Shown here one piece after another: positions 9,829-17,985 of a DNA stretch of 41,531 nucleotides. This DNA is from an uncultured Desulfobacteraceae bacterium (GTDB lineage Bacteria > Desulfobacterota > DSM-4660 > Desulfatiglandales > HGW-15): NCBI GenBank assembly GCA_964484515.1, contig CAZAGT010000005.1, forward strand, positions 1 through 41,531, given 5' to 3'. The notes beneath the pieces were generated by a model. That model made no database searches. It was not told the DNA's origin and saw only the letters and a list, made by a program, of their open reading frames with translations. Every line of letters begins with the position of its first letter. Position 1 is the first letter of the stretch. Position numbers and translations under genes: made by a program.

Positions 9829-11718
9829 ATGACGATAGCAGGAATTGTGAACCGGATGGGGTTTATCGACCTGGCAAGTGGTGAGACGACCTATGAGCCG
9901 ATACCCGACGAGTTGGTGCGTGACTACCTCGGTGGCTACGGATTGGGGGCTCACGTACTCATGCAGCGTCAACCGGCGGGCGTCGATCCGCTGGGTGCGG
10001 AGGCCCTGCTTGGCTTCACTACGGGTCCGCTGACGGGAACGGACGCGATCACGGGCAACCGTTTCACGGTGGTGGGCAAGTCGCCCAAGACGGGCGGCTG
10101 GGGCGACGCCAACTGTGGTGGTGATTTCGGACCGGCCATGAAGATGTCCGGCTTCGATCACCTGTTCTTTAAAGGGATCGCCGTTGATCCCGTGGTCATC
10201 GTTTTGGATGGAGGTAAAGCCGAGATCAAACCGGCCGGGGATCTTTGGGGGCTGGGCTGCGTCGAGACCGAAAAACGGCTGAAGGAGACCTACGGCAAAA
10301 AGGCAAACGTGGCCTGCATCGGGCCGGCGGGCGAGCGGGTATCGCTCCTGGCCTGCGTCATCAATGACAAGGGGCGGGCCGCCGGACGCTCCGGCCTGGG
10401 TGCTGTCATGGGTGCCAAGAAGATCAAGGCGATTGTGGCCGTGGCAACGGACAAGGTCCCCGTGGCTGACGCGGAAGGCCTCAAGAACCTGCGCAAGGAC
10501 ATCGTTGCATCCTATAAGAAAGGCAATCCCGGGTACGATCTGTTTAGCAAGTATGGAACGGCGGGTGTGACCGCCAACACCGTCTTGATGGGCGACGGCC
10601 CGATCAAGAACTGGGCCGGCACCGTCGATGAGTTTCCCGGTGTCGAGAAGATCAGCGATGACAGTGTATTCGGCATCCAGGTGCGGCCCTATGGATGCTG
10701 GCGCTGCCCGGTGTCCTGTGGCGGACATGTGAAGGTCCCGGAGGGCCCCCTTGCGGGGATCGAAGGCCATAAGCCCGAATACGAGACCCTGGCTGCGTTT
10801 GGCAGCATGTGCCTGAACGACGATTTGGCGACCATCGTCAAGGCCAATAACCTCTGTAACGACTACGGCATGGACACCATTTCCGCAGGGACCACCGTGG
10901 CCTATGCCTTCGAGCTGTATGACCGTGGGTTGATCAGCAGCGATGATCTGGGCGGCCTCGAACTGACGTGGGGCAATGGTGAGGCCGTGGTGGCCCTGAC
11001 CGAACAGCTGGCTACCGGGGAGGGTCCCGGCGCTAAGCTTTTCGGTGATGGGATGAAGGCCGCGGCGGGGCGGATCGGAAAGGGTTCAGAGGCCTTCGCC
11101 ATGCATGCCGCTGGTGAGGAACTGCCCATGCACGACCCGCGGTGCAAGCCGGGCCTCGGCGCGAGCTACGTGATCGATGCCACACCTGGCCGGCATACCC
11201 AGTGGAGTTCATGGAACGTTGAAGACGGATTTGTGCCGGCGGGCCTGAATCCCCCTCCGATCGAAGACAAGTATGTATACAGCGGCAAGGGAGAATCCCA
11301 CTACATCATGAGCAACTTCGGGCACTGCGTCAACATGGCGGGAGTCTGTTGGTTTGCCACGAGCATCGGGCCGGCCGAGGCATTGCCCAAGGCCCTCTCA
11401 CTCGCCACCGGCGTGAAATTCGAAACGGCGGATATGCAGGTCATTGGTGCCCGCGCGGCCGCTCTGCGGCAGGCGTTCAATTTCCGGGAGGGTTACAAGA
11501 GCCTGGAGGTCAGACTCCCGGACCGGGCACTTGGGAAACCGCCCCTGGCAGGCGGTCCAACCAAGGGCGTCACGGTGGACAACGCGCAGGAGATTCGAGA
11601 CTACATGGAGGTGGCGGGCTGGAACCAGTCCAACGGCTGCCCCAGCGAGGCGACGTTGCGTCGGCTGGGCCTTGACTTCGTTCTGGACGTTATCGGCGAC
11701 GAAGCGCGAGCCGGATAG
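9829..11718 (+). CDS. aor: tungsten-containing aldehyde:ferredoxin oxidoreductase (AOR family)
   Basis: 629 aa. N-terminal AOR_N pattern (GGYGLGAHVL, TGPLTGT, the GDANCGG region), a Cys cluster CWRCPVSC, and C-terminal domains typical of AOR. Confidence 0.9.
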   Translation: MTIAGIVNRMGFIDLASGETTYEPIPDELVRDYLGGYGLGAHVLMQRQPAGVDPLGAEALLGFTTGPLTGTDAITGNRFTVVGKSPKTGGWGDANCGGDFGPAMKMSGFDHLFFKGIAVDPVVIVLDGGKAEIKPAGDLWGLGCVETEKRLKETYGKKANVACIGPAGERVSLLACVINDKGRAAGRSGLGAVMGAKKIKAIVAVATDKVPVADAEGLKNLRKDIVASYKKGNPGYDLFSKYGTAGVTANTVLMGDGPIKNWAGTVDEFPGVEKISDDSVFGIQVRPYGCWRCPVSCGGHVKVPEGPLAGIEGHKPEYETLAAFGSMCLNDDLATIVKANNLCNDYGMDTISAGTTVAYAFELYDRGLISSDDLGGLELTWGNGEAVVALTEQLATGEGPGAKLFGDGMKAAAGRIGKGSEAFAMHAAGEELPMHDPRCKPGLGASYVIDATPGRHTQWSSWNVEDGFVPAGLNPPPIEDKYVYSGKGESHYIMSNFGHCVNMAGVCWFATSIGPAEALPKALSLATGVKFETADMQVIGARAAALRQAFNFREGYKSLEVRLPDRALGKPPLAGGPTKGVTVDNAQEIRDYMEVAGWNQSNGCPSEATLRRLGLDFVLDVIGDEARAG

Positions 11719-11756
11719 GCGTCGCTAAGAATCCGCTTTGGCGACGATTTCGAAAC

Positions 11757-11797
11757 AAGACCCTCGTCCTCTTTTGGGCGGGGGTCTTCTGCTTTTG
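11757..11797 (+). terminator. rho-independent terminator candidate after aor
   Basis: AAGACCC (11757-11763) pairs with GGGTCTT (11782-11788), followed by CTGCTTTTG. Confidence 0.5.
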
Positions 11798-12103
11798 TCG
11801 AACCGGCACATGAATATTTCGCCCTTACGGCTTTTGGTACTCGTAAATAACCGGGCTCAACAAGCAGATAACGTGCACTATCTGGCTCAACTGGGATAAC
11901 GGAGCAAGCTAATACTCTGGCACTGGTTTCCCCCTATAAACCAACCATGTCAAACGAAGGACCTTGTCTAAATTTCCTGTAGCCCCGCCTCTCATTCTTC
12001 GTTATGATCTCTTCTGAGCCATGGTAGTTCAATAGTCTATTTCCTAGCTACTTCGACTACACACCATTTTTATTTACAAGCATGTTTTCAGGGAGGACAA
12101 AAA

Positions 12104-13336
12104 ATGGTTACAGGATGCAAGAGAGTTGTTGGGGCTATCGCTTTGAGTATCCTCTTCGCCCTTTCCGGCTGTGCGCATTTGCCATGTCCGGAAAAGGACA
12201 AGCTGGAAGAGCAGCTCGCTCAAAAAGACCAGGAGATTGAGAAGCTCAGATCCAGCATCGAAAAGAAAGACATGGCCTTAGCAAGTTATAAAGTCAGGCT
12301 TGATGAACGCTCGGCCGACCTCTCGATCGCCGAGCAGCGGGCCGAGAACGCTGAGGAGCGCGCCAAGGAGGCCCAGCAGCGGGCCTATGACGCAGAGATG
12401 CAGGCCCGGCAGGCTATTGCTGCCAAAGAGGCGCTGGAAGCGTCTAGACCCTCGACGGAGCCGGGTTCATCTTTGCTGCCGCCGCAAGCGAAACCCGGCG
12501 AGTGTTATGCCAGGGTATCCGTCCCACCCACCTATCGCACGGTAACCGATAAGGTCCTCAAGCGCGAATCTTCGGAGCGGGTGGAGATCATCCCGGCTAA
12601 GTACGAATGGGTCAGAGAAAGGGTCCTCGTGAAGGAGGCGTCCGAGCGAGTCGAGGTGGTCCCGGCGAAGTATAAGTGGGTTGAGGAAAAAGTCCTGGTC
12701 AAAGAATCGTCCTCAAGGATCGTCGAAGTACCGGCCAAATATGAATGGGTCAAGGATAAGGTCCTCGTCAAGCCGGCCCATACCGTGTGGAAAAAAGGCC
12801 GCGGTCCCATTGAAAAGGTCGATAACGCCACCGGTGAAATCATGTGCCTCGTAGAAGTACCGGCTACGTACAAGACGGTCAAGAAAAGGGTCATAGTGTC
12901 CCCTCCCTCCACCCGCGTCGTGGACGTGCCGGCTAAATATGAGACCGTGAAAAAGCAGATCATGGTGGCGCCTCCGACCACCAAACGGACTGAGATCCCT
13001 GCCGTCTACAAATGGGTCAAGGTCAGAAAGATGGTATCCCCTCCGGAGGAGCGAAAGATCAATGTCCCGGCCCAGTACGAGACCGTCACCCGGAAAGAGA
13101 TCGTCACAGAGGGCCACATGGAGTGGCGCAGGATCCTGTGCGAGACGAATGTGAATAATCAACTCGTTGCCAGGATTCAGAGAGCGTTGCGCAGGGCCGG
13201 TCACGATCCCGTGTACATCGACGGTATGCTGGGAAGGCGTACGAAAGCAGCGATCAGGGCCTACCAAAGAGAAAAAGGGCTCGCCGTGGGCGGCTTGACC
13301 TATGAGACGATCGAAAGCTTGGGGGTGGAGTTGTAA
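12104..13336 (+). CDS. lipoprotein with coiled coil, eight 23-aa tandem repeats and a C-terminal peptidoglycan-binding domain
   Basis: Lipobox LSGC (Cys23); an E/K/Q/A-rich coiled coil (aa 30-110); repeats with core (V/I)PAxY(E/K)(W/T)V; C-terminal PG_binding_1-like IQRALRRAGHDPVYIDGMLGRRTKAAIRAYQREKGL. Confidence 0.8.
   Translation: MVTGCKRVVGAIALSILFALSGCAHLPCPEKDKLEEQLAQKDQEIEKLRSSIEKKDMALASYKVRLDERSADLSIAEQRAENAEERAKEAQQRAYDAEMQARQAIAAKEALEASRPSTEPGSSLLPPQAKPGECYARVSVPPTYRTVTDKVLKRESSERVEIIPAKYEWVRERVLVKEASERVEVVPAKYKWVEEKVLVKESSSRIVEVPAKYEWVKDKVLVKPAHTVWKKGRGPIEKVDNATGEIMCLVEVPATYKTVKKRVIVSPPSTRVVDVPAKYETVKKQIMVAPPTTKRTEIPAVYKWVKVRKMVSPPEERKINVPAQYETVTRKEIVTEGHMEWRRILCETNVNNQLVARIQRALRRAGHDPVYIDGMLGRRTKAAIRAYQREKGLAVGGLTYETIESLGVEL
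12503..13108 (+). repeat. in-frame tandem repeat array (about 69-nt period) inside the lipoprotein gene
   Basis: The conserved Tyr recurs at aa 144, 167, 190, 213, 256, 279, 302 and 325: VPPTYRTV, IPAKYEWV, VPAKYKWV, VPAKYEWV, VPATYKTV, VPAKYETV, IPAVYKWV, VPAQYETV. One degenerate 43-aa unit sits in the middle. Confidence 0.8.
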
Positions 13337-13364
13337 GAGCCCGTCATCCGCTGCCCGCGGATCA

Positions 13365-13399
13365 AAGACCCCATGGAGAAACCCGCGCCATGGGGTCTT
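13365..13399 (+). terminator. strong hairpin after the lipoprotein gene
   Basis: AAGACCCCATGG (13365-13376) and CCATGGGGTCTT (13388-13399) form a 12-bp perfect stem with an 11-nt loop. The U-tail is weak (GTCGTT). Confidence 0.5.
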
Positions 13400-13687
13400 G
13401 TCGTTACGGCCTCGGGAAAGGCCTGGATGGTCCATGCGTTGACTATTCGCAATCCTTCGAGCAAGCCCACTCGGCGCCCCCGCCACCTTGCCCCCGGGGT
13501 CCGTCACGGGTTGTGCGGGGCGGCCATAGATTCCGCCCCCCTAAGCGGCACGTTTCTTGCCAGAGTCTCTCTCATCCGGTTCGCGAAAAAATGGATTGAC
13601 AGAATTGGCGCCTGGATTTGGGTTCAATCTGGTTGCGGCAATTGAGCAAAACCACGGGAATAGCCGTAGGACTATTTCGAGGTTTTT

Positions 13688-13761
13688 GCGATTGAGACGC
13701 GGCCAAAGATGACCTGAAGGCGGGATGCGAAAACGTGAAGATCTTTTTGCGCGGGCCCTTA
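13688..13761. repeat. copy A of a roughly 73-nt interspersed repeat (partner at 18187-18259)
   Basis: Hand alignment of gcgattgagacgcggccaaagatgacctgaagg...gcgcgggccctta against 18187-18259 gives about 11 mismatches plus 1 gap. Same orientation in both copies. Confidence 0.7.
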
Positions 13762-13780
13762 CTAGGAGGAGAGCCAAAGG

Positions 13781-14557
13781 ATGCTTAGAGTCCCCCGTCA
13801 ATTCCACGTCACCCTTCTCCTGACAGCCCTGATTCTCACGCTAAGTCTTCCGGCGGTATCTGCGGAACGGCGGCATGCTCTTCACAAAACAGTCGCGGCG
13901 TCTCAGGAAAAGCCCTCGATGAGGACATCCGTCGCCACGGGTTGGCCGGTCGCCAACGGGTATGTGGTAACGAACAGCCACGTTCTCTCGGAAGACTCGC
14001 ACGTCGTTCTCATCACGACGTCCGGTCAGGAAATAGAAGCTTGTGCGGTGCTTAGAGACGACGTTGATGACATAGCGATCCTGGAGGTCAGCGAGTCGAA
14101 CAAGCTGCTGCCGGCGGCCATACCGATGGCTCACTCACCGGCAAGATTGGGCTCCAGTGTCTTCACCCTTGGATTTCCGCGCATCGACGTCATGGGCATG
14201 ACACCAAAACTATCCGAAGGGGTCATCAGCGGCGTGAATGGACTTTATGGCAATCCCTCCAGTTATCAAACAACCGTGCCGATCCAGCCAGGTAACAGTG
14301 GCGGGCCATTGTTGAACATGCGGGGCGAGGTCATCGGTGTGATGAAATCGATGCTGGGCATTATGGATGACACCCGTGACCGTTTCTACGTGCTGCCAAA
14401 CACCAGCTACGCCGTAAAGATCAGCTCCCTCAAGCAACTGCTTGATCTCTTGCCTCCGAAAGACCCGCCCTTTATTGAATCGCCAACCGGTTTTGAGACC
14501 TTGGAGACACTCGCCGACCGGTTACAGGATTCGGTCCTCATCGTCACAACGAACTGA
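13781..14557 (+). CDS. secreted trypsin-like serine protease (S1C/DegP-like, no PDZ domain)
   Basis: Signal peptide (LLLTALILTLSLPAVSA). Catalytic triad context: VVTNSHV (His), DDIAILEV (Asp), GNSGGPLLN (Ser). AGGAGG lies upstream. Confidence 0.85.
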   Translation: MLRVPRQFHVTLLLTALILTLSLPAVSAERRHALHKTVAASQEKPSMRTSVATGWPVANGYVVTNSHVLSEDSHVVLITTSGQEIEACAVLRDDVDDIAILEVSESNKLLPAAIPMAHSPARLGSSVFTLGFPRIDVMGMTPKLSEGVISGVNGLYGNPSSYQTTVPIQPGNSGGPLLNMRGEVIGVMKSMLGIMDDTRDRFYVLPNTSYAVKISSLKQLLDLLPPKDPPFIESPTGFETLETLADRLQDSVLIVTTN

Positions 14558-14852
14558 TTCACCCACACGCGATCCGCCTAAGCCCTTACTCGAGCACAGC
14601 GCAAACAGGACGCTTTCAGCCTCCGCCATCATTTCTCCTTAAGCCGTCAAACCGGTACCTGAAGTCCTGGTCTATGGTTTGAGATTTTTCAGTCGGAGGA
14701 GACCTCCTCGGATCGCCCGCCAGTCTACCCTCTTTTTCCTATCAAAATACATGCTTCTCCCCATTGCCGTTTCCCCTCCGGTGGCAATTTTGTAAATAGG
14801 GCATTGGTGATGAGCACAAGCGCCCTGTCAGATAAAAAATGGAGGGTTTGTC

Positions 14853-15413
14853 ATGGAGGCTATCAGAAAAGAACATCTAAATGGAATTGATACCGATACG
14901 CTCAAGCAGGTGATGGCGGATGTATCAAAAGATCCTTCCAAAGGGAAAGCCAAGTTTCATGTGACAACGTCTTGGAAGGGAACCACCAGATCAGAAACCC
15001 ACGTGGAGTCCTATGAGCTCGGCGGTCAGAAGATTAAGAGGGATTTTTCTCTCGTAATCGATGAACCTTTAGAACTCCTGGGCGAGAATACGGCTCCTAA
15101 TCCTCAGGAAGTGCTCATGGCCGCCTTCAACGCCTGCGTCATGAACACCTACGTCATCGCAGCTGCGATGAAGGGGATCAAGCTTGACAAGGTCGAAATG
15201 GAAACGGGCGGAGAGCTGGATCTACGAGGATTCCTTGGTCTCGACGAAAACGTCAAGCCAGGTTACGACGAGATCAGCTACACGGTGCGTCTCAAAGGAA
15301 ATGGGACTCAAGAGCAGTTTGAAGAGGTCCACAAGGCCGTGATGGAGACCTCTCCCAATTATTGGAACATCGCTAACAAAATCAAGGTACGTTCCGATCT
15401 CGTCGTTGAATAG
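14853..15413 (+). CDS. OsmC/Ohr family protein
   Basis: TAPNPQEVLMAAFNACV motif with the conserved Cys; size and pattern match OsmC-like peroxiredoxins. Confidence 0.8.
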   Translation: MEAIRKEHLNGIDTDTLKQVMADVSKDPSKGKAKFHVTTSWKGTTRSETHVESYELGGQKIKRDFSLVIDEPLELLGENTAPNPQEVLMAAFNACVMNTYVIAAAMKGIKLDKVEMETGGELDLRGFLGLDENVKPGYDEISYTVRLKGNGTQEQFEEVHKAVMETSPNYWNIANKIKVRSDLVVE

Positions 15414-15797
15414 TCGAATTTGGCTTAGCGAGCTGCTCGAACGGGAAACGTGGGCAGAGAAAATCGCGTGGGGAAAATACGACCCTGATCGAATGAAGTG
15501 ATAATCAGGGAGCAAGTCATCAGAGGTCGGCATCGGGCTTCGCTCGGCCCTGATACCTGCTGTTCGCGTTTAGGTATGAAAGTACCTCTCTTATGTGACT
15601 GAGAAAACTCCCAAATATCCGTCACTCCGGTGGAGCTTGGGCTGGACGTGATCCGGGGCCCGCCGGAATGAGAAGAAGGGCAAATCGCAGTTATCCTGAT
15701 GGAACTTCATGTCACATACATGATCAAGCGGGCCGCCCTCCCGAGGCAAGTAAACTCACGCGGCAGAAGGCGGCGCTGATTCCTGAATCCCGACTTC

Positions 15798-15841
15798 TTG
15801 CTCCTCCATATTGAGCGTTTTCGCTCAATATGGAGGAGCAA
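15798..15841. terminator. perfect 20-bp inverted repeat (bidirectional terminator candidate)
   Basis: TTGCTCCTCCATATTGAGCG-tttt-CGCTCAATATGGAGGAGCAA. It abuts the stop codon (15842-15844) of the PAS-DHp gene, between convergent genes. Confidence 0.7.
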
Positions 15842-17110
15842 TCACTCTTCGGTGTCGGTTCTTATCAGTTGAGAGACCTTTTTCTCGAGGTCGCTGACCT
15901 CATCAACGATGATCTCCAAATATCTCCTTTTGGGGTCGTCTTCAGGTGTCTTATTATATGTCCTCCTAGCAAAGCCGCCGACAACCGTCAGGGGATTTCG
16001 TAGTTCATGCGCCACCCGGTTGGCCATTCGGCCCACAGCGGCTAGCCTCTCGGCCTTGACTAATTGTGCGCTTTTCTCTCTCAGTTCGGCCGTTCGCTCT
16101 TGAACCTTCTTTTCAAGTTCCTGGCTAAGTTCGAACAGTTCGCTGTGGGCCTCACGCAACGCCTCTTCTCGTTGTTTGCGCTCGGTCTCGTCACTGTAAA
16201 CGGCCACGACCTCACCCGATGGCAGCTTGTATACAAAATTATCTCTCCATCCGATGATCCTTTCATCCTTGTACATCGAGACAGGGTGATGCTCCGGTTC
16301 TCCGGTCCTCCACACCCTCTGCATAACCTCGAATAGGCCGAAATCCTTCACTCCGGGAAATACGGCGAGAACGCTTTTGCCGATCACCGCGTCGCGGTCG
16401 ATCTTTTCGATCCGTTCGGCTGATCGATTAAAGTCCACAAAAAGAAAATCGTCTCCGTTGTCTATCGCCCTATATACGGCAACACCATTTATCGTGTGCT
16501 CGACAATCCCTCTATACCGGGCCTCGCTCTCCAGCAAGGCCTTTTCCGTTCGCCTACGCTTCGTGACATCCCTGATGATGGCGCAGACCATTCTACGGCC
16601 TCGGAGGCTGTAAGTTCCCGAGGAGATCTCCACGGCGATGACCGTTCCGTCCCTTCTCTTGTGAAAACGATGAACCGGTCCGCCGGCAGCGACGGCGGAC
16701 GAAGCAGCAGCAACCTCCCGGATATGATCGGCGGACTTGGCGGGCTCGGCCGAAAGATCCGTAGCGCTTAATCTCAGGAATTCCTCTCGGCTGTAACCAT
16801 AAAGCTTCTCCGCCGCTTCATTGGCATCGGTGACACGTTCCGTCTCAGCGTCCGCTATGATAATGGCATCGGTTTCGGCCGAGAAAAGAAGGTGATAATT
16901 GGCCTCGCGCTCCCGCAAATCCTCCAGTGTTTCTTGGTGCTCCAGCTCCAGTTTCTCCAACTGCCTGATTCTTTGCCCCAGGATCGCCAGCTCTTCTCGA
17001 AGTGCCTTTATGGTTTTTTCTTCGCCACCCATCACATCGCTCGAAGACGCATTGAAACCGACAAACGTTTTTGACCTCGAATCGAAGCGACGATTCTCAT
17101 CTCCAAACAT
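15842..17110 (-). CDS. PAS-PAS sensor protein with a HisKA (DHp) domain but no HATPase_c catalytic domain
   Basis: Two PAS/PAC modules, a coiled coil, then the H-box ANRVAHELRNPLTVVGGFARR and a second DHp helix. The protein ends there (..VSQLIRTDTEE) with no N/G1/F/G2 boxes. The start is uncertain: the track gives 17248; ATG 17110 or 17032 are more plausible. Confidence 0.8.
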   Translation of the reverse strand: MFGDENRRFDSRSKTFVGFNASSSDVMGGEEKTIKALREELAILGQRIRQLEKLELEHQETLEDLREREANYHLLFSAETDAIIIADAETERVTDANEAAEKLYGYSREEFLRLSATDLSAEPAKSADHIREVAAASSAVAAGGPVHRFHKRRDGTVIAVEISSGTYSLRGRRMVCAIIRDVTKRRRTEKALLESEARYRGIVEHTINGVAVYRAIDNGDDFLFVDFNRSAERIEKIDRDAVIGKSVLAVFPGVKDFGLFEVMQRVWRTGEPEHHPVSMYKDERIIGWRDNFVYKLPSGEVVAVYSDETERKQREEALREAHSELFELSQELEKKVQERTAELREKSAQLVKAERLAAVGRMANRVAHELRNPLTVVGGFARRTYNKTPEDDPKRRYLEIIVDEVSDLEKKVSQLIRTDTEE

Positions 17111-17409
17111 GCATCCTGCAAGAACAGATAATCCCCTCCAAAACGAAGGTGGCCCAGGAGGGTCGGGCGACACGCCCTTTGATTTTAACAAATTGAATCG
17201 TATTTGGACACCAAAGACTATCTCCCTAGAGTCCATCCATAAATACAAATTAGACGCTAGCGAAGGTTCCAGATCAGAAATGAGGATTTTTTTGCAAGAC
17301 CAAGGAAATCAAGGGATTGAGCGGAGGCGTACACGAAGTACGTCGCACAAGGAATTCCGCAGATTGACGCTGAGATTGCGGAAAAAGCCCGTTTCTGGAT
17401 GGAAACTAC

Positions 17410-17754
17410 CTAGGGTGGTTCCTCTACAATAAGCTCCATGCAACCCTTGACGCGACCGTCTTGCATAATCGGCATCATCAGGGAACGTCGGGCTATGTCA
17501 CCCCTCTCTACTCTGATTTGCCTCGTGCGCAAATCCCCGTCGGCAAAGGCCTCATACATCTCTTGAATCTTGCGTTGAGACTCGGCATTGTGGCAGTCGA
17601 GCAGGCTTTTGCCGATCAGACCGGCCCCACCTCGCTTTTCGTGGTTCTGAATCGCTGCGTCATTCATATAGATGATGTCGATGTTCTCATCTGAAATGAC
17701 TATCTCACCCTTTAAGCCGCGTAATAACTCATCCAGCGTCCCGGTCTTCTTCAC
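17410..17754 (-). CDS. single PAS-domain protein
   Basis: 114 aa. GTG start 6 nt after AAGGAGG. PAS-like core (IIYMNDAAIQNHEKRGG..LIGKSLLDCH...). Lies upstream in the same operon as the PAS-DHp gene. Confidence 0.6.
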   Translation of the reverse strand: MKKTGTLDELLRGLKGEIVISDENIDIIYMNDAAIQNHEKRGGAGLIGKSLLDCHNAESQRKIQEMYEAFADGDLRTRQIRVERGDIARRSLMMPIMQDGRVKGCMELIVEEPP

Positions 17755-17821
17755 CTTTTTCCTCCTTTCATTTCAGCGCTGCCTTGGCCGCTGCCAAAGA
17801 CGTCGAAAAACCAACTTCTCT

Positions 17822-17985
17822 GAGGCTGATGGAAAATGTCCAGATGCAAGGCTTCCGAAATCCCGCGGAATGAGGCGTACATAAGAGTACGCCGCAGTGA
17901 CAAGGGATGAGGGTAACGCAGCCCTTCGGCTTTGCTCAGGGCCGTGAGCCTGTCGAACGGCAGATGGGCGTTTTCCGACAGCCTC
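17822..17985 (+). repeat. copy 1 (short form) of a modular, self-complementary interspersed element
   Basis: Four blocks are shared with 21776-22055. The ends pair with each other: GAGGCTG/CAGCCTC and GGAAAATGTCCA/TGGGCGTTTTCC. There is an internal hairpin GGCGTAC-ataaga-GTACGCC. It carries an embedded REP-like segment at 17921-17960. Confidence 0.7.

Noticed and set aside
9787-10770. 327-aa reverse ORF inside aor
   Set aside because: Antisense to a well-supported AOR gene, with biased composition and no SD.
12713-13507. 264-aa reverse ORF (and 150-aa ORF 12532..12984) over the lipoprotein repeats
   Set aside because: Antisense or off-frame products of the repeat array. They are periodic only because the forward gene is periodic.
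13606-13621. TGGCGC-N..-TTTGG, sigma-54-like, upstream of the protease gene
   Set aside because: The spacing is off by one and the -12 element is TTGG rather than TTGC. A similar weak match at 11918-11933 (TGGCACtggttTCCC) was rejected for lack of a -12 GC.
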